DNA from: Isurus oxyrinchus
Taxonomy: Eukaryota
DNA: 64,000 nt
Direction of reading: 5' to 3'
NCBI GenBank assembly: GCA_026770705.1
Contig: JANJGN010000026.1
Coordinates: 33,666,001 to 33,730,000 of the forward strand
Part shown: in pieces, positions 13,170 to 26,100 of the stretch
Layout: each line of letters starts with the position of its first letter
How positions within the stretch are numbered: position 1 is the stretch's first letter
The notes under the pieces: model-generated
The model's input: only the letters and a program-made list of their open reading frames with translations
Told to the model about the DNA's origin: nothing
The model's database searches: none
Position numbers and translations under genes: made by a program

Positions 13170-14390
13170 AACATTCAGCCTGGGGACAATGAGGAATGTA
13201 GAACAGCAGGTCAAAAGCAAAACTAGGCATACCTGAAAATGATAAACCACCGTGTGAAGCTAAAAGACTGTACTCAATGGACAACAGATCAAATCCATCT
13301 CCTTGCTGCTCAATCAGTCTACTCTCAATCATCAGTAAAGTGATTGAATGTATCGCCGACCTGCTCACAAAGCTCAGACTTGATACACCCGGATCAGTCA
13401 GCTTCAAAGCTCATTGTAAATTTGACCTGAACATGGTCAAGAGAATGGACTTCCAGACATGATGTGTGAGTGCTTTAGCACTTGCTGTCAAAGTAGCTAT
13501 TGACTGAGTCTGGCATTAAGAAGCCTTGGGAAGCAAGGGTAAGTCTCTCCAATGGCTGGAGTCACATCTAATACACATGAAGATGTTGTGGTTGTTGGAG
13601 AAAAATCATCTTGGCACAGAACATCGTTCCAGGAGTCCCTCAGAGAAGTGTCCTTGGCCCAACCATCTTCAGTCACTTCATCAATTACTTTCCCTTCATC
13701 ACTGGGTCAAGAGTTGGGATGTTCGTTCATATTTTCAGTGTTCAGTTCCATTTATGACCTCTCAGGTAATGAAACCGTCCTTACTTGCTGCATCTCGAAC
13801 TGGACAAAATTCATCTTTGAGATTGTAAGTTGCAAGTGACATAAGCAACACACAAGTGCCAGACAATGACCAACTCCAACAATAAGGAAACCAATCATCT
13901 CTGCTCAAATTTCAAAAGGCATTACTGTCCCTGAAACCCACCATCAACGTCATGCAGGTATCATTCAACAGAAACTGAACTGGAACAGCCATATAAATAC
14001 TGTGGCTACAAGAGTAGGTCAGAGGCTGGGGATTCTGTGGTGAATAACTTACCTCTAGACACCCGAAGCCTTTCCACCATTTGCAAGTCTGCAAGTCAGA
14101 TGCCTATTGGAAATTGTTTACTTTCCTAGATGAATGTAACTTCAGCAACACTCAAGAATCTCCACATCAACCAGGGGAAATCAACCCCTTGATAGGCACC
14201 TCATCCAGGAGTTAAACATTCATTCCCATCACCACCGATACACAGTGGCTGCAGAGTGTACCATCCACAAGATGCACTGCAGCAACTCGCCAAGGCCTCT
14301 TCAACAATACCTTCCATACCTGTGACCTCCACCTCCCAGAATAACAAGGGCAATAAGCACACGGGAACACAATGCCCTGCATCCTCGTAC
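13170..14390 (+). mobile_element. Decayed LINE (HER1-like) RT region
   Basis: Remnants such as ISLLSIISKVIE, LQWLESHL and GVPQ.SVLGP. The 3' part resembles 57130-57450. Confidence 0.6.
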
Positions 14391-14644
14391 ACATACATCT
14401 CTATAGGGGAGAAATTGGCCTTGGGCGCTGGCAAAGAGGAAGCGATATCTGAAATCTCATTCTGCTGACTGCGCTGAAGGTGAATATCAAGTGCTGCGTA
14501 GCACGTACGGCCGATGCTATACCGCCCGTTTCAGGCTACTGCCAGATGCCAATGTCCAGGCCAAGATCTTTATTTTCAATATTATCTCTCCTTCTCATAG
14601 ACACATGGGGTAATGCAGCTATAATTTAAACAGAGGCATAGATT

Positions 14645-14765
14645 AAAGCAAAACACTGCTGATGCTGGAAATCTGAATTAAAAACAAAAAATGCTGGAAA
14701 AACGCAGCATCTGTGGGGAGAAAAACAGAGTTAACGTTTCGAGTCCGTATGACTCTTCTTCAGAG
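14645..14765 (-). mobile_element. Penelope-like terminal fragment with hammerhead-like motif
   Basis: Reverse complement reads ctgaaga-a-gagtc-atacg-gactc-gaaa-cgtt-aactctg, followed by the family tail. Confidence 0.7.
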
Positions 14766-15049
14766 GCATAGTCTAGTGCTGTAGCTACAATGACCAGGTC
14801 TGGTACAATATACACATTGTCAAGATCGAACATAATATAAACAGAGACAGGGTCTATTTTAATATAAACGGAGACAGGGCCTAATGTAACATAAGTGGAG
14901 ACAGGGTCCAGAGCAATGCAAACTGAGATGGCTTCCATTGGAACATTAAGGAGATAGGGTCTATTTTAATACACACACAGGCCTGATCCAGCATAATAGA
15001 AATAAAACAGTTCCCAGGACATTAATAATCGAACCAGGATCCTGTATAA

Positions 15050-15620
15050 CATGGGAGGGACGATCGTGCATTGGGAACGTCACTGGGTTAGTAACCCAGA
15101 GATCCAGACCTTTTCCCTGGGGATAGGGGTTTGAATTCCGTTATGGCAGCAAGAGGAATCGAAATTTAATTAATAAATCTGGAATTGAAAGCTCGTCTCA
15201 ATAATGATGACCATGAAATTATAATCGATTATCATAAACATCCACCTGGCTCACCAATGCCCTTTAGAGAAGGAAATCTGCCGTCCTTACCTAGTCTGGC
15301 CTATATTTTTATTCTTCGTTCATGGGAATGTGGGCGGCACTGGCTAGGCCAGCATTTATTGCCCATCCCTAATTGCCCTTGAGAACAGTGTGGCTTGTTA
15401 CGCTATTTAAGAGTCAACCACGTTGCTGTGGGTCTGCAGTCACATGCAGTCCAGACCAGGTGGCATTAGTGTGAACCAGATGGGTTTTTACGACAATGGT
15501 TTCATGGTCATCATTAGATTTTTTAATTCAAATTTCATCATCTGCCGTGGGGGGATTCAAACACAGATCCCAAGCCAATTACTAGCCGAGTGAGAATGCC
15601 ATTACACCACCGCTTCCCAT
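15050..15620. mobile_element. Two HE1-like tRNA-derived SINEs (+ then -)
   Basis: B-box-like 'ggtttgaattcc', body 'gaaggaaatctgccgtccttacctagtctggcct', and a reverse tail 'ccagcatttattgcccatccctaattgcccttgag'. Confidence 0.65.
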
Positions 15621-16449
15621 GCATACAACTCCAGACCCACAAATTTGTGCAGCCCCATTCTCCGGCTATTTGTTTAATTGCCCACCACCATTAACGACTG
15701 GATGTGACAGGACTGCAGAGGTAAAATCTAATCTGTTGGATGTGGGATCTTCCAGACTATGTCTGGATATAAATATTGGTATTGACTGGTGCAGTATTAA
15801 TTGAAACAGGGTACAGTGACATATAAACAGAGGCAGTGTTTGGTCTAACATAAGATGATATGGAGTCCAATTTAAAACGACAGAGACAGGGTCCAGTGCA
15901 GTGTTAATTGTGACAATGCCTGCTTCATAGAATGGATCCTTCAAGATTTCAAATCCATCTGCTGGCCAAACTTTGCAATTGCAGCTACTGTGAAAATGTC
16001 GCTGTCAGGTTAGATCTTTGACATTATTGTATCAAGAGTCCAGTTCCTCAGAGGTAGTACCACATCACCTTCTACGGGAAGTGTCAAAATTTAACAAAAT
16101 TCAACTAATTGCAGATAAACGTGGTTGATTAGCACACGTTAAAGTCAGCACCAGAGTAAAGCAGCCCAATTCCTGGTGATGTAACTTTGTTCATTTTGAT
16201 CAAAGGGAGGGATGTTGACCAGGGCGCTGTATAGAGACCATGGGAACTTTAATGTCCACCTCAACAAACATAGTGTTGGGGAGAGTTTATTGGTTCATGA
16301 GACCACCTGAAAGACAGTTAGGGTCATTTTCTTCAATAGCTCCGCGCTCTGGAGCCTCCCAGGAAGTCAAGGTGGGATCTTACCTTGAAGCACAAGATGC
16401 CATTTTGGTCTGTGTGTGTGTGTAAGGGAGAGGGAGGGAGACAGACGGA

Positions 16450-18030
16450 GACGTACATCATATTGTTTGCAACTGAATTTCACGAAGGTCCTGGACAACC
16501 TTCCATCGATGAAAGGTCACAGATACACAATGGAAATAAACCCATTGCAGATGTACTGATGGCTGAGGGGGGGCAATTGTTGTGAGGCAGGTTCTGCCGG
16601 AAATGCTTCACATGAAGCTACAAAATGTCGTTGTGGGTTGTTTTTTTTTCGGTGAAGACCTCAATTGCCAAACTGTTGTAGCCATTGGACATCGTGGTGG
16701 TTCACACCAACCCACAGGAGGTGTCGCCATTTTCCTCAGTCATCAGTTAGTTACATTCAGTTGTGATAATCGATATTTAAGACTTTCACTTCAAGCATTC
16801 TGGAAGTGGAGCTTTGGGCGTCCCACTGGTTGTCTGCCTCCGGCTACCTCACCATACAGAAAGTCCTTGTGCATGTGACCATCTTCCATCCTATGTACGT
16901 TCCCAAGCCACCAGCACCATCTCTGTTTCATGAGCTCCACGGTCTTGGGAGCTCTGCCTTTGAGAGTACTACTGCATTCGTGTCTTTACCCTGCCAGTAC
17001 ATACCCATAATGTGCACCAGGCAGCGAATATGGAAATTGTGGAGCTCCTTTTCTTGATAACTGTAAGTCGTCCATGTTTCACAGCCATAAAACAAGGTGT
17101 TGAGAGCACAGGCCGTATAAACCATCAGCTTGGCCTGAAGGGTCAGTTTGATGTTATTCCAGGGGCATTTCATGAGTAAGCCAAAAGTAGCAGCTGCTTT
17201 CCTCATGCGGGTATCAAGTTCTGCAGCAAGCACCAGGCTGCCTGACACAGTGGAACCCAATGAGCAGAATTTACTTCCATCTGAGTGTTAATTAGTGTGA
17301 TCAATGGCGGAAATGCAACACCTTGTCCCATGACCAGGGTTTCCTTCATGTTTATAGTCAGGGAGAACAAGTTACAGGCATGGGAGAGTCAGTTCATCAG
17401 TCTTTATGGATGAGTTTCCGTTTTGTTGACGAAATTATCAGCTTCGAGCAATTCTTTGATCAGGATTCAATGTGTTTTTGTCTTCGCTTTCAGTCTTCTA
17501 GCTTGTGGGGCTTGCAGTCTGACTGGGTGTGTGAATTCATTCCATATCTACAGGGAAGGCAAAAATAAGCAGCGTGGAGAAGAAGATGCTAAACAAAATG
17601 GGGGCTAGGACACAGGCCTGTTTCATTCCATTCTTCACTCCGAATCTGTCGGAAATGGAATAATTAATCTGTACAGTGCAGTGCATGTTGTCACGGAAGG
17701 AGTGAATGAGACTGAGGAGCTTTGGTCGGCAGCCAATTTTCCCCAAAATCTTGTAGGCTCCTGTCCTGCTGGCGGTGTCGAGCGTGTGGAGCAGATCATG
17801 TCCACAGAATACTTTCCCACACAAACACTACACTGTGCTTCGGCCTGCAAGTAGATGAAGTCCTTAAAATATGACCTGAGCAAAGGCCTTCCCTGTGACT
17901 CTATGAGTGAGATATTCCTGTAGTTGTTGCAGTCTCATCTGTCGTCTTTGTTTTCAGATAGTGCGATGATTATTATGTTATTCATCTCCTGCAGAATGGA
18001 TCTTATCTTTCAGCAGAGGAGGAGAAGGTC
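16450..18030 (-). mobile_element. RTE-clade LINE fragment (decayed RT)
   Basis: Minus-strand remnants GMKQACVLAPILFSIFFS, TRMRKAAATFG, YGCETWTTY and LHNFHIRCL. Confidence 0.85.
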
Positions 18031-18049
18031 ATAAAGGCTGAGAAAGATA

Positions 18050-18305
18050 CATAATTATATATACCAATTATTATCAATTCACGAAGGTAAATAATTATAT
18101 TCACGAATTACCATCAATTCACAAAGATAAATAATTATATTCAGCAATTGTTATCAATTCACAAAAATAAATATATACACCAACTATCAATTCACAAAGA
18201 TAAATAATTATATTCACCAATTATGATCAACTCACAAAGATAAATAATTCCATTAATCAATTATCATCCATTCACAAAGATAAATAATTGCATTAACCAA
18301 TTATT
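18050..18305. repeat. AT-rich ~40-bp minisatellite (about 6 units)
   Basis: 'atcaattcacaaagataaataattatattcaccaatt' recurs at 40-bp spacing (18076, 18116, 18156...). Confidence 0.85.
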
Positions 18306-19134
18306 TTCAGTATTTTATTTCATATAAAATGTAATTGCGGTTCTTGTAATATCATTAGCATTGATTGAGATCACATTGACCATTCTGTCAACAAGGAATC
18401 ACATCTGTCCCAGAATTCAGTGGGAAATGGAATTAAATCAGACCGAGGGTAATGAGCAGCTACCCAGCAGCCTCTGCGACTTATTGACAAGTAATCACTT
18501 CATTATCACAGAGAAAGTCCTGATATTTAACTGGAGCGTGTGAGGATTTGTAAAGTCATGGCTACCTGGACCTGACGTTAGTTGATAAATATTTAAATCC
18601 AGATTTGTTATTTCCCTCGTCTGGAAGGTAATGAAACATTTGTGGCCCTCCATTGAGTTTCACACTATTTCTGTTTCCACAGTAATAGTGTTTAGTTTGT
18701 TACATTCATTAATTTGGGTGAGGATATGTTGAATGTTTCGTTATACATAAAAGGACCACATGATCCAAATATTACAATCCTCCACCCTAATCCGTATTAT
18801 ATACCCGTTTTCTGTGTTAAAGATGATGATTGCCCATCAGCAGGGAAGAATCACCAGTGTCGGAGGGACATCTCCAGCCTTCTCTTGGTGACGTTCAGCT
18901 CGTTAGTTTCCGATAAGCAGGGAATGGAATTCATCCAGAAAATCTGGAAGGACTGAAGATATTAGACTGATGCAAATTAAATACAAGACCAGCTTTAAGA
19001 TATGAAGTGGTCAAGCACAAAGATGAGAAAGTAGGACAATATCTTTCAGACGCATCTATGGATACATCGATCAATGCATTCAGGCGTCCAACCACCATTC
19101 ATTCCTGCATCACCGCAGTCATCCCTCCATTTTT

Positions 19135-19510
19135 GGCAGACGGTTGTGTTACATTAATGTCAGTGGACTCGTAACCCAGCGACCCAAGCTATTAACGAAT
19201 TCAAATCCCATCATGGCAGTTGGTGGAATTGAAATTCAATTAGAAATCTGGGATTGAAAACTGGTCCCAGTGAAGGGAACCATGAAACTATCATCGATTG
19301 TGGAAAAAAGTCATCTGATTCACTAATGTCTTTTAGGAAAGGAAATCTGCCACTATACCTAGTCTGGCCTACATGCGACTCCAGGTCCACAGCAATATGG
19401 TGGACTCTAACTACCCTCTGAAATAGCCTCGCAAGACACTCAGCTCAAGAGCAATTAGGCACAGGCAACAAATGCTGGCCTTGCCAGTGACTCTCACATC
19501 CCATGAAAGA
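19135..19510 (+). mobile_element. HE1-like SINE
   Basis: 'ttcaaatcccatcatggcag' head and 'ggcaacaaatgctggccttgccag...cacatcccatgaa' tail. Confidence 0.7.
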
Positions 19511-21259
19511 GTAAAGGGGCAAAAAAATCACATAAACACACATGATTGTCTATTTCAAAATGTATCCTCTCTCTGAGTCCTATCTGATAGTCTGTCTGTA
19601 ATTCTTTCTATCTATCCATCCATCCATCACAATATAATGATGTGTTGGAGAGTTCCTCAAATGAGCTTTTAATGCAAACAGGGTGTCAGAGAAGATGGAT
19701 AAGTTTTCTTTCCTAGGAGATTGGAACAGTTCACATAGGTTCACAACTTAAAAAAATAAAACTGACTCCAGTATTGTTGCTGGGTAGATTTGTTATAAAT
19801 AGGCCTTGTTGACAATGTTAAGTGCTTGCAGTTGGCTTGCAGCCAAGCGGTCAGTACTGAGGAAACAGATCTTTCATTTACTGCACAAACCCCCCCAGAT
19901 GCTTCCTGTAAACAACATTGGACATTCGAGCCTCCCTGACTGCAGCCGGCTGGCTTGTTGCCAAATACAGTGCGGGGCAGATTAGCCTGGATATGTATCA
20001 ACAAAATGGGATTTAGCAATTCAAACAATATTGCTTTCAGTCGCACACGGAATACGCATTTTAAATGGAATTTCATCCAAGGAAATATTTTAATGAATGC
20101 CGTGTTCACTGAGATTAAATGCAATCAAAAAAATTAAATTGACCAGAAACTAGCTAATTTATATTATTTCGAAGTAAATGGCATTCCAGTTATTAAAGCA
20201 TGTTCATTAAGAACTTCAAGAAGTGCGAGAGGGTGATGTTGATGGTCACAATGTCCCAGTCCAATGAGACGAGTGCAATGGCAAAAATTAAAAAGAAATT
20301 AAATTAAAAGAAAATTGTTGAATTGCCTTAAAGGTGCAGGACTTCCTTGAATATTCTCAGAGTTGTGCACTCATTTTACCTCAGGCGCCTCTTATTCCTG
20401 ATTAGCACCGTGTACTGTACAGTTTAATTTGTGCTGATTTCGATTATTTAACAGTCCCTCTCATAGCTGCCAATGAGTGGAGAAATGACCAGTTCATGAC
20501 CCGCTTCAATGGAAGATAAAACATTTATTCTTGTGATATTGTGCAATATGCCGCAAAGTCCTGATATCCTGTGTTCCCAATTCAGTGAATGGTATACAGT
20601 CGGTGGCCAATAGAATTACCTATAATGATTTGGATGCTGATCAGATTTGCTGATCTCCGTGTCCATTCTGATTCATTAGCTTCTCTGTCAAAAGTTGATG
20701 TAAATTTTATGTTTCTCTATAAACTTACTGTTTTAATATCAGGGTGGCGGGCTTCTTTTTCCGCTAATATTCACAGGGCTGTCTTAGGTCAGGGGCTATT
20801 CGACGAATGCAAGGAGAGACATTGCACAATATGAGCAGATTCTTCTTATCTCTGGACCCAAATTGTATGGCGATAGCCACCCATTTTATATATAATATCA
20901 CTTTGTTCATCCCCCGCATTTAGCTATATAAATCAATAATAATTCCTCTGACTAATGATACTTTATTACTGTAATGAGACAGAGACCCGGAGTTGCTGCA
21001 AAACAGACTGACAGCCCCTTTATTCCCTGATAATATAACTTACTTTTTTCGATTCAACCCGCTGTGAAGTAGTGTAGAAATAAATGGGCTTATTTTACAT
21101 TTGAATTAGTCGTTTTTATAAACTGATTCTAAGCTACAATTTCACCATTAGAGCCAATGGAGACATTACAATAAATCCATTCAGTCAAATATGCCGATAC
21201 AGATAAAATTTCCACTTTTAACAATTAACTATTGTAAACATCTGAGTCCATTCTGTTGG

Positions 21260-21360
21260 GGATGTGGAAGGTGGGGCGTGGATCCAGTCGCCGCCTCCAC
21301 CAGGGAATCAACAGGCGGCGCCTGGAAACCCGCCCCTTTCTGCCGGGTATTAAAATACCG
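21260..21360 (+). promoter_or_regulatory. Putative VH promoter (GC boxes and TATA-like element, no octamer)
   Basis: ggggcgtgg (~21272), cccgccc (~21328) and tattaaaata (~21348), about 90 bp before the leader ATG. No ATGCAAAT seen nearby. Confidence 0.5.
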
Positions 21361-21446
21361 CTCACTGGGACCGGAATCCAACAGTCCGGGAGTTGGTTTG
21401 TTCACTGAGTTCTGGACAGAACCATTTTCCCCAAATGACCAGAAGG

Positions 21447-21492
21447 ATGAGGTCGGCGATTTCTCTCAGTTTGTTGCTGACTTTCTTATCCC
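21447..21492 (+). CDS. IGHV: IgH leader exon
   Basis: MRSAISLSLLLTFLS followed by a phase-1 donor C|GTGAGT (46 nt). An in-frame upstream ATG lies at 21435. Confidence 0.92.
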
Positions 21493-21620
21493 GTGAGTAG
21501 TTTTTATTGTCCAAGTCTCTTACTGTCACTATCTCAGTGTTAGTCTCTCTCTGGAATGTTACAGAGTCAGGAATCATTTCACCAGGATTAACCCTCGGGG
21601 TTTTTGATATATTTGTACAG

Positions 21621-21925
21621 GTGTCCAGTCGGAGATTGTGTTGACTCAGCCAGAGGCAGAGACCGGGCGCCCCGGAGGCTCCCTGAGACTGACCTGTAAA
21701 ACCAGCGGCTTCGATCTTGGCAACTACTGGATGCAGTGGATCCGACAGGTTCCTGGACATGGGCTGGAGTGGCTGGTTAGCTACTATAGTTCATCCAACA
21801 ACGGCTACGCCCCAGCAATTAAGAATCGATTTACTGCGTCCAAAGACACTTCAAGGAGTATCTTCTCCTTGGACATGACGAGCCTGAAGACTGAAGACAC
21901 CGCCATCTATTACTGTGCAGCAGAC
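21621..21925 (+). CDS. IGHV: IgM VH segment, germline unrearranged
   Basis: Acceptor tacag|GT; [30 protein letters not shown]...WIRQVPG.GLEW...[11 protein letters not shown]. Both Cys and the Trp are conserved; typical shark mu-type VH. Confidence 0.97.
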
Positions 21926-21964
21926 CACAGCGAGAGGAACCAGGGCTGGACCCGAACAAGAACA
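21926..21964 (+). other. VH recombination signal sequence (23-bp spacer)
   Basis: CACAGCG, 23 nt, ACAAGAACA. Confidence 0.93.
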
Positions 21965-22332
21965 GATCGAGAGGGTCTCAACAACTTCCATCGTAACCTG
22001 ACGGTCAGTACTTGTTCTAAATGTAATATTAACTGTAATGATCAGAACCAGACAACAAGCCGCTTCTGACAAGAATAAAACAGCAAATTTAACAGTAAAA
22101 CCTAACAAACCAATTGATATAATGGGTTGAGCTTTTGCTGTGTTTATATTTACTGTTAACAGTTTCCACAATTACAGACCTGGATATAATGTTCATTTTA
22201 ATATGTCTGACACTTGGAGGAGGGTCTCTGTTCATTAAGTTTTGTAAATTGCTGCATAAATACCAAACTAGATCAGAAGTAAACGTCTATTTGAAGTAAA
22301 TATTGCGAGGCAGCACTGAACAGAGTGGGTGC

Positions 22333-22412
22333 AGTTTTTGTGCGGGTGTATTTCACTGTGATACTACAACGGGTCACAGTGCTGTGCACAGCGACATCCT
22401 CATACAAAAACC
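22333..22412 (+). other. IGHD1 segment: D1 segment (22361-22374, ATACTACAACGGGT) with 12-RSS 5' and 22-RSS 3'
   Basis: AGTTTTTGT-12-CACTGTG [D] CACAGTG-22-ACAAAAACC; all three forward frames are open. Confidence 0.95.
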
Positions 22413-22710
22413 TCAGGAGTTTGTTTAAATTCATGATCTCTAACACAGCAGGAACGTCAAAGAAAATGAGAGTTAAATAACATAATGGGTCAAGGTTTGC
22501 CAAAAGGTGTAAGAGTATTCCGCTTTGTTCGTAGTTACGGACATGCTAAATCTGCAAAGAGATTTTGAAAGTATTCCAATCACATTTATAAATATAATGA
22601 CCAGCACAGGCTGGAATATCTCACTGATTCATTCCTAAGCGAGTCGGAATCGGGTTTCTGAGAAGGTAGTGAACTTAAATCTCTGTATTTTACAGTGAAC
22701 AGTCTGCCGC

Positions 22711-22779
22711 AGTATTTGACATGGTGTGTCTCACTGTGATATACTGGATGGCACAGCAGTTACTGTCAATACAAAAACC
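22711..22779 (+). other. IGHD2 segment: D2 segment (22739-22751, ATATACTGGATGG) with 12/12 RSS
   Basis: AGTATTTGA-12-CACTGTG [D] CACAGCA-12-ACAAAAACC. Confidence 0.93.
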
Positions 22780-23110
22780 CCTCAGCACTAATTGAGTCTG
22801 CCTGGGTCAGTGCTCGCTTTTACAATCCAACTATATGTACAGTGAAGTATTATTTTTGTCCAGCAATGCCCACAAAAACATGGTTTAAGATGGAAAAGTT
22901 GTGATAATTATCCATTCATCAGTTGGTGATTTCAATAACATCTTCATGTGTTACTCTGTGAATTATAAAAAATGAGGATCATTGATGAATAGCGAAAAAT
23001 ATCCACAAACGCAAATATAATTTCGTGAGGATTCATCGTGACCTCGCTTTGCCCCTGACTTATGAATATTTAAAATAATGGTGGATTTCTGTCTTTTTTG
23101 GTGCAGGGAC

Positions 23111-23149
23111 AGTTATTGTATGTCACAGCCCAGGGAATGTAACACTGTG
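23111..23149 (-). other. JH recombination signal sequence (23-bp spacer)
   Basis: AGTTATTGT, 23 nt, CACTGTG as read on the + strand. Confidence 0.88.
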
Positions 23150-23197
23150 ACACTATGGGCTACTGGGGACAAGGGGCCATGGTGACGGTGACTGCAG
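23150..23197 (+). CDS. IGHJ: JH segment
   Basis: TMGYWGQGAMVTVTA with WGXG motif, followed by donor G|GTAAGA. Confidence 0.95.
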
Positions 23198-26100
23198 GTA
23201 AGAACCATGCACTTATTTAGTAACTGTTTTATTTGAGTCTTTGCTTTACGTTTTTGTCTATTTTAATAATTCATTCCTTCACTGAAGCATGGGTTTGGTG
23301 GATTCTGTATTCAGATTTTTTTTACAATGCTTCATGCGATTCCGCTATGTCTTGACAAAAAAGTGCTGCTGAGGGATTCGTCCCTGGTCGTTGTGATTTG
23401 GTGTTTATCTACTGAGGATAATGTGTGGCCGGGTTACTTGAAATATCTAACGTTTGTTAAAACAGTTTGACGTTTCTGCAGTGTTTAATCTCGGTGACAT
23501 CTAATGGCTGCAGGTTTTACCATCTGTTGCACAAGGGTTTAAATATGTCTGAAATCAAGCCCAATATGAACAAAATGTGCTTAAGTTTCAATGTTAATTT
23601 ATTGAACATGTTCCGCCTACTCACAATGCTGGTGCCATTATTCCATATTTCTGTTTAGTTTAATTATTCATTCATTTGGTGACGAGCGGGTTGTCTGGAT
23701 TCGATATTGAGATTTTCTTGCAATGTGACATTGGATTCTGTTGGAATTGTTTATTGAATTGAGTTGCTTCTCCATGAAACGGGTTTCAGCCCCAGTGATG
23801 TGATTTGGTGTTTTTCTGCTGAGGAGATTGTGTGTCTGGGTGGCTTTGAACAAGTGGAATTTGTGAAACGGTTTGGCGGTTCTGCATTGTTTCTGCTTTG
23901 TTTAAACTCGGTGATATTGAGCGGTTACACGTTTTGTGGTTGAATGGAAACAGTCTACGCGTTTGTATCTGCTTGAAGCGCGATTGTAGGCAGAAATGGG
24001 GAAAAAGCGTTTAAAGATGCGTTAGAACATTTTGTTTTTATTTTAAGTGATAATTGCAGATTAAGCTAAACCATGGATAATGACGCTCATTCAGAACATA
24101 ACTCGGTACTGCAATCAGAAACTATATAATTAACAAGTTTTCAAATTGTAAAGTAAAATTAATATAATTCAAACAATTATAATATGGTAATATTTCTCCA
24201 TATTGACGGAACAACTTTCATATTAACATAATTGATCATTAATCGTCTTTCACAATTCTGCTGTGCACTGCGCACTATTAAGATGATAGGAAAAGTTTTT
24301 AGGCTGGAAACATTTTGTGATTATGTATAAAAAAATCAATAAGAATATACTGACTCTACAGAATTGTTCAGATTCACAAGAGATTTTGAATTACTTTTTT
24401 AGATCCCTGATAACCTTTATCTTAAAATCTTAAAACCTTATCTTAAAGACTTAAAGAGGAGTTTGACATTGCAGTTTGGCAATATGTGTATCCGTTTAAT
24501 ACATTCTTTCTGTGCAACTAGAGCCGCATTATTCCTTCAATGTCATTGGGATTTGGATAGCGAGATAATTGTCACTAGTTTAATCTTAAACAGTTTTCTG
24601 GGGGTAGAATTTGCTGGCAGTAAATGAATTGTTCTTACATTTTCTTGAAATGTAGGAAGGTGCAGATTGCATATGAATAGAGATTGACAAGTAAAAGCTT
24701 GAAATTCGAACAGATTAATTTAATTGCAAACATTAATATTAGTTTTGAGCTTAATAACAATACCCTGCCTCCCATAGTTGTTCTGGACACAGAATAGAAT
24801 TATAGGGGAAGAATAGATTATATCTGAGATTCATGCTTAATTCTTATTAAATGTTAAATTGAAGAACAAAATCTCGAATCCTTTTGCTGGTTATATTTCA
24901 GTGGTGCAGATGATCTGAATGAATTGTTCTCATCAAGTTTTATACTGATCAATTTGGATCTTCTTTCAATGAACAACATATTTAACCATTAAATTATAGG
25001 GATTGTTATCTAGGAAGCACTTTTATTGTTAAGTAACTGCTAGGAACATTTTTTACATATAGCTTGGAATTAAGACAAGTTTGCTTTAACCAACAGATGG
25101 TGTTACAGCTCATCGACAGTTAATGTGATGTGACCGCCGGCCATATTTGAAAATATTTAAAATATTCCACTCATAAATTCATCGTGTGAATTACTCGATG
25201 AGAATAGATGGAATTTATGATTCCTCAATGCGCTCAGAAACACGCATAGTTTACAATTTTGTACGTTAAAACAGAGCAGTGGAAGTAAAAGTAAAATAGT
25301 AAATAATGATTAGATTTAAGTAAAATTGATATACTTCTCTGAATGTTACCATCTGGTAATTTCAAATTTATTGTTCAACATTGTTTCAGTGTCAGGTTGA
25401 TTTAAATAAACCCCAATTATTTCACAAAGTACCAGGGAGAAACAAGTTTTCAATTATTGAAAACCATTTTTAATATTATAGAGTAGAAATCAGCTAACAA
25501 GAAAATGAATTGACAATAACAAGATAATTAACTTACAAGATAATATTAGTGAAAATTAATTCAACATAAATAAACTCCAACAATTAAGTAGTCATTATAA
25601 TGAATGCAAAATCTCAAAGGGTGGAGAGAATTTTTAATTGTATCCAAAATGAATTTAGAAAAGAATACTTCCTTACTCAGCTGTGCTCAGCTCGATAAGG
25701 TGTTTCGCCTTGATGATTTTCTTGATTATATTTATATCTACAATCACATCAAATCAGTGGGTAATCAATTTTCAATGTGAATATTTCCTGATTTGTTTAA
25801 TTCTTACCCTGTCATTGAGTTTCTGTTACGGACATGAAATTACCCTGAATCTGTCATATTTAATGTGCTCATTTTCAGGGTAACTTAAATCTTACATTGT
25901 TTGGAGATTTGAGGCAGACAGGGAGAATTAGATGGAATTCAAAGGGAGTTTTAAAATGAAAATCAGATTAATTTCAAAGAAGTTATAGAATAATTGTAGT
26001 AAATTGACCATTGATCAATTAGAATCAAACAGCTTGAATAAAATGGACAGATTGAACAGATCTATCTGCTGGGAACTCACTTGTTGCATCATTTATGTCT

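Noticed and set aside
18970-18977. Octamer ATGCAAAT as the VH promoter element
   Set aside because: It is about 2.5 kb upstream of the leader, and other copies (8870, 9367) lie in unrelated AT-rich or repeat sequence.
21965-22069. ORF extension beyond the V segment
   Set aside because: It is read-through past the RSS into intersegment DNA.
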